Assembly (NCBI GenBank): GCA_963733195.1
Contig: CAVTCR010000062.1
Span: forward strand, 1 to 64,000
Direction of reading: 5' to 3'
Origin: an uncultured delta proteobacterium
GTDB taxonomy: Bacteria; Desulfobacterota; Binatia; Bin18
DNA length: 64,000 nt
Shown here: in pieces, positions 1 to 11,009 of the stretch
Layout of the letters: each line of letters starts with the position of its first letter
Numbering within the stretch: the first letter of the stretch is position 1
Program-made: the position numbers and the translations under genes
Notes under the pieces: model-generated
Databases searched by the model: none
Told to the model about the DNA's origin: nothing
What the model saw: only the letters and a program-made list of their open reading frames with translations

Positions 1-161
1 GCAGCTTGATGAAACCGATCCTGTGCTTCTTTTGCTTCTCGATGGAGCAGATACATCGTGAAGCCGCCGTACACCCCATACAGGGCAAGCACATAGAGGA
101 CAACTAAGACAACACTTTTGGTTCGGATGCTCCACTGTTGCGGCGCGGTAAAGAGCGGCAT
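1..161 (-). CDS. N-terminus of a membrane-anchored protein, possibly a sensor (runs off window edge)
   Basis: Manual translation from ATG at 161: MPLFTAPQQWSIRTKSVVLVVLYVLALYGVYGGFTMYLLHREAKEAQDRFHQA. 'SIRTK' followed by a hydrophobic helix is typical of sensor kinase/cyclase N-termini. Confidence 0.5.
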   Translation of the reverse strand, partial: MPLFTAPQQWSIRTKSVVLVVLYVLALYGVYGGFTMYLLHREAKEAQDRFHQA

Positions 162-170
162 GCTGGATCC

Positions 171-800
171 TTATTGATTCAGTCGCAGATCCAGCGTTAA
201 GTCACCTGCAAGCGAAAGTTCAACTGGGTCGACAGGGACCTGCTGGTATGCTCGCCACACCCGCAAGAAATACGTTCCTGGCGGAACATCACGTACGTGA
301 TAATGTCCGTCAGTGGTGGTCGTAGTAAAGTACGGATCCTTGAAGACGAACAGGCGTGCTTCCATCTCTGGGTGAATATTACACAGGAGAATAATCTCAC
401 CTGGTGAGTGAAACACCATCCGCCGTTCTTCCCCGTGACTGTAGGTCCCAAGGTTGAATTTTCCTGCTTCGACTGATGGACTATAGACTCCATGTGGAAC
501 ACTATCACGATTAGTGAATACTACTGTGGAACCCTGTACAACAGGAATCACCCCAGGGGAGAAAGTGAGATTGCGTTGCTCAATGACGACAGAAGAGGGA
601 CTGGGCGATCCTGAACGATGCTCTGGAGCACCTTCGAGATAAACAATTACCCCATCAGCCGGATGTCCCTCGATTGTTACTCTACCGCTCAGCGATGCCG
701 CGTCACTGTGTGACGTGGCTAGCCAGAATAAGCCGAGCACAATCATTAATCCTGCGTGTCTCACACGTTCCTCTATGTTATCCCGATCATCTGCTTTCAC
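171..800 (-). CDS. Secreted cupredoxin-like / carboxypeptidase-regulatory-like domain protein
   Basis: Signal-like hydrophobic N-terminus, FTNRDSVPHGVYS and C-N-I-H-P-E-M copper-type motif, C-terminal DGHYHVRDVPPGTY beta-sandwich. Start uncertain. Confidence 0.7.
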   Translation of the reverse strand: MKADDRDNIEERVRHAGLMIVLGLFWLATSHSDAASLSGRVTIEGHPADGVIVYLEGAPEHRSGSPSPSSVVIEQRNLTFSPGVIPVVQGSTVVFTNRDSVPHGVYSPSVEAGKFNLGTYSHGEERRMVFHSPGEIILLCNIHPEMEARLFVFKDPYFTTTTTDGHYHVRDVPPGTYFLRVWRAYQQVPVDPVELSLAGDLTLDLRLNQ

Positions 801-1022
801 TCTTTTTGAAAGATCGGGTTTTGGTAGGGATTTTTTAGGCTAATAGAGGGAAAGACCGGAGGGGAGGCTTCTTGCGTGGACGGATAGCCTGAGCGTAAGA
901 ATGAAAAAAATCTAACTGTGACGGAGAAGTACCGTTAACGACACAGGCGATAGGAGGTACCGCCGACTACGGCCATACCGCAGTTGGGGCGTACGGCTGT
1001 ACAAAACCTTGTCTGGGTTTCC

Positions 1023-2432
1023 CTAGCTCTGCCGCGAACGTTTCTCGACGTTCAACGCGGCTTCCCGTAAAGCTTCGGGAAGGGTCGGATGGCCATGCAT
1101 AGCACGCGCCATGTCTTCAGCTGAAGCGCCGAATTCCATCGCCATCACCGCTTCAGAAATAATATCCGACGCTCGGGGCCCAACGATATGGACACCGAGA
1201 ATACGATCAGTCTTGGCATCAGCAAGCACCTTGACCATACCGTCGGCCTCGTCCATACAGCGCGCGCGGCCATTTGCCAGAAACGAGAACGTCCCGACCT
1301 TATAGGGAATCTCCGAGGCTTTGGCGGCTTCTTCAGAGAGACCAACAGAAGCGACTTCGGGCCAGGTGTAGACAATGCCAGGAACGACATCGTAGTTCAC
1401 ATGCCCCGCCTGTCCGGCCAATAGCTCAGCGAGTGCGACTCCTTCTTCTTCGGCTTTATGGGCAAGCATGGGGCCAGTAATTGCATCACCGATCGCATAC
1501 ACGCCAGGGACGTTGGTCTGGTAGTGTTTGTCTACTTTGACCCGGCCACGCTCATCAAACGCGACACCAACCTCAGCCGCACCGAGACCAGCAGTGTAGG
1601 CTTTGCGACCAACGGCAACAAGCACACGATCGGCTTTGAGTTCGCTGAGTTCCTTCTTCTCGTTCTCGATCGTCAACGTCACTTCGCCGTTTTTCGCCAC
1701 CGCTTGGGTGACTTTCGACCCAAGCATGAAAGAAAAGCCTTGCTTAGTCAGTGAACGCTGAAGTGCCGAGGCAATTTGCGCGTCGATACCAGGAACAAGA
1801 CGGGGTAACAGTTCTACCACTGTTACCTTCGCACCAAGTCGTAACCATACTGAACCTAACTCTAAACCGATCGCGCCACCACCGATGACAACCAAGTGTT
1901 TTGGTACCTCCGAGAAAGTGAGCGCTTCAGTCGAGCTCACAATGCGTTCCCCATCGAAAGGAACCGTCGGAAGTGCAATCGGCTCACTGCCAGTAGCAAT
2001 AACAATGGCTCGTGCTTGTACATCCTGGGTCGTCCCGTCGTTCGCAGTGATGGTCACTGTGCGAGCGTCACGAAAGTGAGCCTGACCTTGCAGACGCGTC
2101 ACTTTATTTTTCTTAAAGAGGCCCTCGATCCCTTTGGTGAGACCTTCGACAACTTTCTCTTTGCGACGCATCATCGCTGGTAAATCCAGCGAGACGCTAT
2201 TACAGACAACGCCGTGATGGGCAAACTTTTCTTTCGCTTGGGCAAACCATTCGCTCGAATCGAGTAAAGCTTTACTAGGAATACACCCCACATTGAGACA
2301 CGTCCCACCGAGAGTGGGTGTCTTCTCGACACAAGCGGTGCGCAAACCAAGTTGCCCAGCACGGATAGCACCAACATAGCCACCAGGTCCTGAGCCAATT
2401 ACTAATACGTCAAATTGTTGTGTGTCTGCCAT
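1023..2432 (-). CDS. lpdA: Dihydrolipoyl dehydrogenase (E3)
   Basis: GSGPGG FAD motif, GGTCLNVGCIPSK redox disulfide, HPTLPE; downstream of sucB. Confidence 0.97.
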   Translation of the reverse strand: MADTQQFDVLVIGSGPGGYVGAIRAGQLGLRTACVEKTPTLGGTCLNVGCIPSKALLDSSEWFAQAKEKFAHHGVVCNSVSLDLPAMMRRKEKVVEGLTKGIEGLFKKNKVTRLQGQAHFRDARTVTITANDGTTQDVQARAIVIATGSEPIALPTVPFDGERIVSSTEALTFSEVPKHLVVIGGGAIGLELGSVWLRLGAKVTVVELLPRLVPGIDAQIASALQRSLTKQGFSFMLGSKVTQAVAKNGEVTLTIENEKKELSELKADRVLVAVGRKAYTAGLGAAEVGVAFDERGRVKVDKHYQTNVPGVYAIGDAITGPMLAHKAEEEGVALAELLAGQAGHVNYDVVPGIVYTWPEVASVGLSEEAAKASEIPYKVGTFSFLANGRARCMDEADGMVKVLADAKTDRILGVHIVGPRASDIISEAVMAMEFGASAEDMARAMHGHPTLPEALREAALNVEKRSRQS

Positions 2433-2571
2433 GTGTTTGCTCTGTCACACTTGGGAATGGAAAAAGGAGAAAAGGAGGGATGGCAAAATGAAAGAGAGAA
2501 GAGAAAACTTGCTTTTTCGTCGTTTCGCACTTTTGCCTTTTTCAACGTATCCGTTCTCCCGCTCTTTCCCC

Positions 2572-3808
2572 TCACAGTCCGAAAAGCATTCGCGCCGGAT
2601 CTTCAAGGCAGTCCTTGATCCGTCGGAGGAACAGTACAGCTTCACGTCCATCAACAATACGGTGGTCATACGACAGGGCGACATACATCATTGGCCGCAC
2701 AACAATCTCATCGTTAGGACCGCTGACTATCGGACGCTTTTCAATTTTATGCATGCCAAGAATACCACTCTGTGGTGGATTGAGGATTGGAGTAGACATA
2801 AGCGAACCATACACCCCACCATTACTAATAGTGAAGGTCCCACCAGTAAGCTCTTCGACTTTGATCTTCCCAGTTCGAGCTCGCTGGCTCAGTTCTGCCA
2901 GCTCGACCTCAATCTGCGCGAAACTCTTGCGCTCGATGTCACGGACCACTGGCACGAGCAATCCCTGCTCCGTTCCCACTGCAATGCCTAGATCGTAGTA
3001 ATTCTTGTAAACAATGTCCTCACCACGAATCTCGGCATTAATCGCGGGAAAGGCACGTAACGCTTCGACGCTAGCCTTGGCGAAGATCGACATAAACCCC
3101 AGCGAGATGCCATAGCGCTCTTTGAAACTGTCGTTGTACTTCGCGCGCAGAGCCATCGCTGCACTCATGTCGATTTCGTTAAACGTAGTCAGGATAGCCG
3201 CGGTGTTCTGAACCTGCTTGAGCCGTTCGGCGATACGGCGACGAATGCGACTCATCGGCTCTGCATGTTCGCGGGGCGTAATCCCATCTCCAAGCGGGGC
3301 AACGGCTGGAGGAAAAGCAGCAGGCCTCGGCACGGTCGCCGGCGGTGTCACTGCCGGAGGAGTGGTTTTTGCGGTAACGTGCTCTAGCATATCGCCCTTG
3401 GTGATGCGTCCACCGCGACCGGTCGCGGCAACGTCTGCGGGGTTGACGGCATGTTCCTCAACCAAACGGCGCACTGCGGGGCTCAAAGGCGCAGTCAGAG
3501 ATTGCGGTTGAACAAGCGTCGTTGGCGCTGGAGTTTTCGCGGCCGCTGATACGGGTCGAGCGGCTGTCGCCCCAGGAGTCACACGACCAATCACCTCGCC
3601 AATCTCCACTTTCTCGCCAGCCGGTTTGAGAATCTCGCTCAATACCCCAGCCTCTGGGGCAGCCAGCTCCATCGTTGCTTTATCAGTTTCAATCTCGACA
3701 ACGATTTCGTCACGTTCGACCGTTTCACCCGCATTCTTGAGCCAGCGCAAAATAGTGCCCTCGGTGATCGATTCACCAAGGGCAGGAATCACAATATCAA
3801 CAGCCATA
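2572..3808 (-). CDS. sucB: 2-oxoglutarate dehydrogenase E2 (dihydrolipoamide succinyltransferase)
   Basis: MAVDIVIPALGESITEG, lipoyl ETDKA, E3-binding domain (SPAVRRL...GRGGRITKGD), DHRIVDG catalytic motif; own RBS-like AAGGAAA before ATG. Confidence 0.93.
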
Positions 3809-3907
3809 GTTTTCCTTTGAGTCAGTTGCCAGTAGTCAGTTCTCGAGCAAAGACGAGAATCTATTGTCCACGCTTTCGCACTTCGTAGCTGACGACTGAT
3901 AACTCGA

Positions 3908-6726
3908 TTACTTTCCTGCTCAAGCGCCTGATTCAGTAGTTGTACTTGTTGCTGCTGGTGGATCTTTTGGAACCCAACCGCAGGGCTCGCTTGCGCTGGT
4001 CGTCCGGCATAACGAAGTGTCTGGTGCGAGCGCAACAAAGGAGACAAATGTTCGAGGATAAATGTCCATGCCCCCATATTGCGCGGTTCTTCTTGCACCC
4101 ACACGATATCGTTCGCTTGCGAGTATCGGGTGAGCACCTCCGTCAGATCATCCTCAGGGAAGGGATAGAGTTGCTCCACACGCACAACGGCCACATCACT
4201 GCGCTGTTGTTTCTCTCGCTCAGTCAGCAGGTCGTAATATACCTTGCCACTACACAACAGCAGGTGTTTGACTTTTCTTGGCTCCACGGTCACGGCAGTA
4301 GCTGGTGCGGCCGTTTCATCAAGAATTTCGTGGAAGCTCCCCTCCGCGAGTTCAGCGACCGAGGACACAGCCAGTTTGTGACGTAACAGGCTTTTAGGAG
4401 TAAACACAACCAACGGTTTGCGAAAATCACGCTTCACTTGTCGGCGCATGAGGTGAAACATTTGCGCCGGCGTGGTGCAGTTGGCAACCTGAATATTGTC
4501 TTCGGCACAGAGTTGCAAATAGCGCTCCATACGGGCGCTCGAGTGCTCTGGTCCTTGTCCTTCGTAGCCATGAGGCAATAGCAATACCAGACCGCTCATC
4601 CGCTGCCATTTGGCTTCACTACTCGTGAGATATTGATCGACAATGATTTGCGCCCCGTTGGCGAAATCGCCAAATTGCGCTTCCCAGATCACCAGCGCGT
4701 TCGGACTGTCTAGGCTGTAGCCGAAATCGAACCCCATCACCGCATATTCGGACAGAGGACTATTGTAGGCGCTGAATTGTGCTTGGCCTTCACGGAGATT
4801 ACCCAGCGGGAAATACGGAATCCCGGTGTCGTAGTCGACAAGGACAGCATGGCGATGACTAAACGTGCCGCGCGCACTGTCTTGTCCGCTCAAACGCACC
4901 GGAATACCTTCGCAAACCAACGAGCCGTAGGCTAAGACCTCGGCGAGTCCCCAATCGATTTGTCCATTATTCAGGACAGCTTCAGTCCGTGCTTGCACCA
5001 ATTTTTCTACTTTGGGATTGAGGGTGAAATTTTCTGGAACCGCAGACAGGCGACGGGCAATATAGTCCAGCAGTTCTCGCTTCACGCGGGTATCAACTTG
5101 GCATTCGTGCGCACGCTTCATGCCTTTCCACACGCCACCGAGGGCTTCGGATGACGGACGCAAAGGCTGACTTTTCACGGTGTCAAGTGCGGTCTGTAAC
5201 CGTTCGCGGAAGGATTGCTCGATGGTTTTTATCTCATCATCACTGAGATCATTCTGATCGAGGAGTCGTTCTCGGTAGAGCCACGCTGCATGCCGCTTGT
5301 CCTTAATCGCACGGTACATGCGGGGCTGGGTAAAACTCGGCTCATCGCCTTCGTTGTGACCGTGGCGGCGATAGCAGACAACATCGATGACCACGTCACG
5401 TTTGAAGGTCTGACGAAAGTCGACCGCGAGCATGGCAACCCGGGCCACTGCTTCAGGATCATCTCCGTTCACATGGAAAATCGGCGCTTGAATCGATTTG
5501 GCAATGTCCGTGGTATAAGATCCAGAAAAGCTATCTTCAGGGTCAGTAGTGAAGCCAATCTGGTTGTTGACGACAATGTGAATCGTCCCGCCAGTGGTAT
5601 AGCCACGTAGTTGTGAAAGATTCAGAGTTTCACTCACCACACCCTGACCGGCAAAAGCCGCATTACCATGAAGTAAGAGCGGGACAACACGTGAACGCTC
5701 GCGGTCATCAAGGCGATCTTGCTTGGCACGCACCCGACCTTCGACCACCGGATTTACGGTTTCAAGGTGGCTCGGGTTCGCCGTCAGTGTCAAATGAATT
5801 TTTTTGCCATTCTGCGCCAGATGATCAGCCGAGAACCCTAAGTGATATTTCACATCCCCAGAGCCCATCATCGAATCGGGGTCCACGTTCCCTTCAAATT
5901 CAGAGAACATCTGCTCAAATGATTTTCCGAGAAGGTTCACTAACACGTTGAGGCGGCCACGATGAGACATGCCGATGACGATCTCTTCCACCCCACGCTC
6001 TGCGGCATGATCAACTAACCGCTCCATCATCGGAATAGTGGATTCGGCACCTTCCAACGAAAACCGTTTATGCCCGACGAACTTCGTGTGCAGGAACGTC
6101 TCAAAGGTCTCAGCCGCGTAGAGTTTAGAGAGGATCGAGCGCTTGACCTCAACCGGGAATGATACCCGTTTGCGTTTATCCTCCATGTGCTCTTGGATCC
6201 ACCGGCACTGCGCTGGATCTTGGATGTGCATGAATTCGACCGCCAGCGTTCCACAGTACGCCTCGCGGAGGGTTGAGAGAATACCGCGCAACGTTACCGC
6301 TGGCATGCCAAACAGGCGCGCAACACTAAACTCGCGATCCATGTCTTCCTGAGTGAATCCGTAGTAGCTCGGATCGAGTTCGGGATGCGACCGCTTTGGG
6401 GTAATCCCAAGTGGGTCAAGATCGGCCTGGAAATGGCCAAGCTCACGATAGGCGCGAATCAGCTGAACAACACGAGCTTGTTTTTCGATATCAACCGTTG
6501 AGGCTGGCTCATGGCTAGAGACTTGGGCCAATTGAGAAGCCGATGCGCCATTAGCCAAGTGCGAGAAATACTCTCGCCATTCCTCATCAACCGACTCGGG
6601 CGCCTTCAAGTACTGAAGATATAACGTCTCGACAAATTGAGCGTTTTCATTCAGCAGAGCAAATCCTAGCGGAGCGCGGTCTGCACCGTTCGCTCCCTCT
6701 GTTGCTACAGGTTCGATAGTCTTCAT
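3908..6726 (-). CDS. sucA: 2-oxoglutarate dehydrogenase E1; stop codon apparently lost so the ORF reads into sucB
   Basis: KRFSLEG, GMSHRGRLN, DVKYHLG, NPSHLE, WEAQFGDFAN, PHGYEGQGPEHSSAR motifs. 3' end approximate. Confidence 0.95.
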
Positions 6727-6847
6727 GCGGCTTTTTGTCCTGAAAGTTCGCCTTTGGCCTCTCCCTCACGTCGATCCCAGTTGGGCCTTGGCGTCATCAG
6801 AAGAACTCTTTCTCGGCGAGTATGTATTTGTTGCTATTATACCCCGG

Positions 6848-7318
6848 TTACCCATCCACCTCTACCACCATCTCAATCTCCACTGCAATCCCAAACGGCA
6901 GTTGATACATGCCAACTGCTGAACGGGCGTGTCGGCCTCGTTCGCCATACAGCTCAACGAGAAGATCGGACGCGCCATTGATGACTTTAGGTTGGTCAGG
7001 GAAGTCTTCTGTGCAGTTAACAAAGCCCAAAAGCTTCACAATACGGCGAACTTTGTCAAGGTCACCAATAACGCCCTTGAGCGACTGGAGTATGTTCAGA
7101 GTTACAACTTTCGCCGCTTCGTACCCCTGCTCAACCGTTAACTCTCGACCAACCTTCCCTCTGATATAAGAAACTTTCCCATCCACTATAGTGACCGGAC
7201 CATGCCCAGAGATAAAGACAAGATTTCCGGTTCGCACAGCAGGAATGTAGTTGGCTACTGGTGTAGGGATCGGCGGGAGTGTGAGCCCAAGTGCAGTTAG
7301 TTTTTTCTCAACCTCCAT
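6848..7318 (-). CDS. RidA/YjgF/UK114 family protein
   Basis: PVANYIPAVRTGNLVFISG, VINGASDLL...GRHARSAVG...LPFGIAVEIE. Confidence 0.92.
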   Translation of the reverse strand: MEVEKKLTALGLTLPPIPTPVANYIPAVRTGNLVFISGHGPVTIVDGKVSYIRGKVGRELTVEQGYEAAKVVTLNILQSLKGVIGDLDKVRRIVKLLGFVNCTEDFPDQPKVINGASDLLVELYGERGRHARSAVGMYQLPFGIAVEIEMVVEVDG

Positions 7319-7345
7319 AGTTCTCTCCCCTCTATTTCAGTTCTT

Positions 7346-7399
7346 GGTGGGACGGGCTTCTAGCCCGTCCTTAGCAAAAGGCTGGAAGCCTGTTCTACC
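7346..7399. repeat. REP-like inverted doublet
   Basis: GGTGGGACGGGCTTCTAGCCCGTC ... AGGCTGGAAGCCTGTTCTACC; the second copy reads GGTAGAACAGGCTTCCAGCCT on the minus strand. Confidence 0.65.
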
Positions 7400-7479
7400 T
7401 GGGCATTACAGAATTCGTTTGTTAAAAACTGTGAAGATATAGCTCCTATGACACTCATGCCGTACTCGTAACTCCGAGC

Positions 7480-8433
7480 TTATTTCATCGTTACCATTTT
7501 GTCTGGATCACCCGGAACTTCCCCCCGGCGGATCTTCTCCGGCATTTTCGGGTCCGCGTTTTCCCACACTAGCAGCATCGATCGTTCCGGGGCAAACCCT
7601 TGATGTTGGATGTCGGAGGGCATGGCACACACATCCCCTGGCCGCATGCGGACATAGGCCAGCAGCTCTCCGGTATTTTGATTGCAGACTTCCCAATCGA
7701 TCTGGCCGTTGAGCTGCACGAACCACTCGACACGATCGTTGCCATGTTTGATGGGTAGGCGATGTTCCTCAGTTGTGGGACAGAACAAGCTGTGTTCGAG
7801 CACGGAAACAATCGAGGGATTCCACGTCACGTCGGAACGAGCGAGGTATTCATATAAATTCACCAAGCCAAATTTGTTCTCATGACCTGGCTTGATATGC
7901 ATCTCGCCATATTTGAACTCCATGCCTTTGAATCCATCGTTGACCGGATATTCGGGCTCTTGTCGGTCGGTTTGTTTGACGATGCGGGTCGTCAGCACCC
8001 GCTTCCGGTGAATCGCATCAAGATTCGAGGCGCGTTTGGGGCCGACGGCGGAGCCGGTCTCACGTGGGGCAGCAAAAGGATCAAACTCTACTGAGACCCA
8101 ATCTTCTAACATCTGAGTAAAGGCTCGTTCGACCTCACCACGACCAAGTTCCTCAGCATGCCAGAAGCCATTTTGATTGAAGGCTTTGTGATATTTCCCG
8201 GCAAACACTTCCACAGTTCCATAGTGGTTGATCGTGCCGAACACATCATCAAACTTCACCATGCCGTAGAAGAAACTCCAAGCGATATCGCGTTGCAGCG
8301 ATTTGAGGAACGCGTCGATGTCTACCTTATGCTCCATCTCCTTCCCCGTCTGAGTCGGGAAATAAACGTGGGCAAAGTAATCATCACGAGAGAAACGGAA
8401 CTTACTCAGTTGGAATTCTTTGTACACAGCCAT
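7480..8433 (-). CDS. Hydroquinone 1,2-dioxygenase large subunit-like (HqdB/PnpD/HapD family, cupin)
   Basis: DAFL..RDIAWSFFYG..FDDVFGTINHYG, DPFAAPRETG, YLARSDVTWNPS, CPTTEE..LP..HGNDRVEWFVQL, MPSDIQHQG, RSMLLVWEN match the recalled family sequence, including the His/Glu/His iron ligands. Confidence 0.88.
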   Translation of the reverse strand: MAVYKEFQLSKFRFSRDDYFAHVYFPTQTGKEMEHKVDIDAFLKSLQRDIAWSFFYGMVKFDDVFGTINHYGTVEVFAGKYHKAFNQNGFWHAEELGRGEVERAFTQMLEDWVSVEFDPFAAPRETGSAVGPKRASNLDAIHRKRVLTTRIVKQTDRQEPEYPVNDGFKGMEFKYGEMHIKPGHENKFGLVNLYEYLARSDVTWNPSIVSVLEHSLFCPTTEEHRLPIKHGNDRVEWFVQLNGQIDWEVCNQNTGELLAYVRMRPGDVCAMPSDIQHQGFAPERSMLLVWENADPKMPEKIRRGEVPGDPDKMVTMK

Positions 8434-8544
8434 GGCCTATCTCCAAGAATAACGATGAACGCGAAACGATGAACGATGAATAGAAAACACAAACCCACAT
8501 CTCCCTCTTTCATTCATCATTCTGCATTCATCATTCTGCATTTT

Positions 8545-9039
8545 TTACTTCCACCCTTCACAGATCGTTTCCCACGCGAGGATGGTCCCATCACTTTGTT
8601 TGGCTTGTTGCAACAAGAGCGACCGTTTCCCCGCACTGAATTTGTACGCGATCCCCTTTGGTAAAAGACATAAGTTGCCTTCGCGCACGATAATGTAGCC
8701 TATGCTCTCGCCTGGAACATCGGGGTACGCGCCAGCAGCAATCTCTGCTCGTGGCTCGATGAAATCGACGCGCACTTCGCCTTCGAGACATACAATGAAT
8801 TCATCGTGCGGCTGTAAACGCCACTGGGACATTGTCCCTTCAGCAACAATGCACTCAATCACATACGGGCCATTCTTCGCAACAGCAATCTTTTCGTAGG
8901 GCTTCGCGCGCGCACCAATTTCGTAGACATTAGAATACACATAGCGTTTGATGTTCTCGCGTGGGTCCACAATATCGACCCCACCTTTACTGTAGTGGGC
9001 CATATTTGCCGAGAGCGGCGTATCTTTGGTAGGCTTCAT
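8545..9039 (-). CDS. Hydroquinone 1,2-dioxygenase small subunit-like (HqdA/PnpC/HapC family)
   Basis: YSKGGVDIV, YVYSNVYEI, PYEKIAVAKN..YVIE...AEG, HDEF, LLPKGIAYKF, W.TIC; directly upstream of the large subunit. Confidence 0.85.
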   Translation of the reverse strand: MKPTKDTPLSANMAHYSKGGVDIVDPRENIKRYVYSNVYEIGARAKPYEKIAVAKNGPYVIECIVAEGTMSQWRLQPHDEFIVCLEGEVRVDFIEPRAEIAAGAYPDVPGESIGYIIVREGNLCLLPKGIAYKFSAGKRSLLLQQAKQSDGTILAWETICEGWK

Positions 9040-9350
9040 TCTTTCTCCTTAGCCGGTGCTTCTGGAGTTGTTGCCGGTGGAGTAGCAGCGGGTGCGGGGT
9101 CCTGGGTTGCGGCCATCCCCCAATGCCATAGGTAGTTCACCACAGTGCCAACGCGGCTTTGTTCGTACCACGTTGTCGCTGCCGGAAACACAATAGTTAA
9201 ACAAACGACCAGAAACCCAAGCAGAAAAAGAAAACGCAGGATTTTACTGACCGCCACGAGGACAGCAAGGGCAACTCCGAGTAAGATCAACTGTACTTTT
9301 GAAAGGCTGAGGAGGAATGCCCAACCTTGCCAAAATGTCTCTGCGTTCAT
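9036..9350 (-). CDS. Small membrane protein with a Pro/Ala/Thr-rich tail
   Basis: Two hydrophobic segments; 4-nt overlap with the dioxygenase small subunit start suggests translational coupling. Confidence 0.65.
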   Translation of the reverse strand: MNAETFWQGWAFLLSLSKVQLILLGVALAVLVAVSKILRFLFLLGFLVVCLTIVFPAATTWYEQSRVGTVVNYLWHWGMAATQDPAPAATPPATTPEAPAKEKE

Positions 9351-9368
9351 AGGCCTTTTACAATATCA

Positions 9369-10064
9369 TTAGAAAATCATCCGTGCACCGCCGAACCAGC
9401 CCGGGTGATGCGCTCGCACGATGTAGAATACGACCAAAGCGATCACCACTACAACCCAGCGTAGCTCACCAGCATTCAACGGCTGCCGTTTATCAACGAT
9501 CGCGGCAAAGGGAATGAAAGATGTCTGATCTTTGAACGCTGCGTAGCCTGGAACATCTACAACCTTCCGTCCATCCTGATGGGCAGCCCCGATCCAAGCA
9601 AACACAACAAAACCACCGAAGAAGGCCAGATCGGCAAGCGTGCCGTTCATCAAGCAATGAGCAATACCAAAGAGAAAAAATGCAGCAAACGTTGGGTGCC
9701 GCGTAATACGAGTGACCCCGTAAGCTTCAGGTGTACCACTGGCGAGTATCGAGCTCGGTGGTCGCGCGACAAGGCCACTCACCAACAAAATAAACGCCAA
9801 TGCCATCAAAAGGACATTAAGATCTTTGGCAATCAGATCAAGGCCAAGAAAGGAGTGCCAGAGTTGGATTCCAGCATGCTTGTGATTGCCGTAATACACC
9901 ACCAACGGAATGAACGTTGCCAACGCCACCAACGAATAAATCCCCAGAAACGGACGCTCTCCAACTTTGGCAATAAGTTGTGGCCGCACCGACGAAGAGG
10001 ATAGAACAAGATGTGATCCTCCGAAGAGCCCCCACAAGAACGATATAACAAATGCTTCCCACAT
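9369..10064 (-). CDS. NnrU family membrane protein
   Basis: SHLVLS...R..L...GER.F.GIYSL, GVTRITRHP, GIAHCLMNG, HQD, TSFIPFAAI; start taken at MWEAF with GGAG RBS. Confidence 0.85.
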   Translation of the reverse strand: MWEAFVISFLWGLFGGSHLVLSSSSVRPQLIAKVGERPFLGIYSLVALATFIPLVVYYGNHKHAGIQLWHSFLGLDLIAKDLNVLLMALAFILLVSGLVARPPSSILASGTPEAYGVTRITRHPTFAAFFLFGIAHCLMNGTLADLAFFGGFVVFAWIGAAHQDGRKVVDVPGYAAFKDQTSFIPFAAIVDKRQPLNAGELRWVVVVIALVVFYIVRAHHPGWFGGARMIF

Positions 10065-10146
10065 AACTCTCCTCCGCAATTCCCAGCTTCCCCTTAAGGT
10101 GCTAGGGGTTAGTTTCTTCCAACCCTCAAATTCGAACCTCCAATTT

Positions 10147-10899
10147 TTAGCGGGCGACATATCCCCCATCAATAATAAACGGCGCGCCGGTAGCGAACGA
10201 GGACTCATCACTGGCAAGGAACAACGCCGCATTGGCGATGTCTTCAGGACGCCCTAAACGACCAATGGGTTCAGTGCGAACAACTTTCTCACGTGATCGC
10301 CCACCCATAACTCGTTCGACCATTGGCGTTTCAATGACCCCAGGACAGATACAATTGACACGAATGTTTTTGTCAGCGTATTCCAGTGCCGCCAGTCGAG
10401 TCAGGTTAATCACGCCAGCCTTGGCGGCCGCATATGCACCACTGCCTTGAAACCCGACCAGTCCCGCAACCGACGCGGTACTGAGAATCACTCCACCGCC
10501 TTGTTTAATCATCTCTGGAATCACGTACTTTATTCCTAAGTAAACTGAGGTGAGGTCGATAGCAATGACACGGTCCCAATCCTCCTCTTTAAGATTGGCA
10601 AGCTTCGTGGACGGCCCTTCAATACCGGCATTATTAAAGAGAATGTCAACGCGCCCATAGTTACGAATGGTCGCACCGATCATGTTCTTAACATCAGTTG
10701 ACTTGGACACGTCGGTCTGTACGAACACAGCTTGGCCGTTTGCTGCTGAGATTTGTCGTGCTGTTTCGTTGCCTCCTTCAGCTACATAATCCGCCACAAC
10801 AACCTTTGCTCCTTCACGAGCAAAAAGCAGGCACGACGCCCGGCCAATTCCTGAACCACCACCTGTAACAATTGCAACTTTGTTTTTCAGTCGATCCAC
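10147..10899 (-). CDS. Short-chain dehydrogenase/reductase
   Basis: TGGGSGIG, NNAG, YAAAK, NCICPG. Confidence 0.93.
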   Translation of the reverse strand: MDRLKNKVAIVTGGGSGIGRASCLLFAREGAKVVVADYVAEGGNETARQISAANGQAVFVQTDVSKSTDVKNMIGATIRNYGRVDILFNNAGIEGPSTKLANLKEEDWDRVIAIDLTSVYLGIKYVIPEMIKQGGGVILSTASVAGLVGFQGSGAYAAAKAGVINLTRLAALEYADKNIRVNCICPGVIETPMVERVMGGRSREKVVRTEPIGRLGRPEDIANAALFLASDESSFATGAPFIIDGGYVAR

Positions 10900-11009
10900 G
10901 TTTTCTCCTTTCAGAGGTTAGGATTGGGAGTTAGTCGAGCAAAACCAAGAAGTCTTCGTTACTTCTTTCTTCACTCTTTAGCCAACTCCTTACTCCCATT
11001 TCCTAGCTC

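Noticed and set aside
10065-10232. N-terminal extension of the NnrU ORF, and similar extensions at 19187, 39830, 44154, 50927 and 55687
   Set aside because: They overlap neighbouring genes or intergenic DNA; downstream starts with an RBS or family-typical N-termini fit better.
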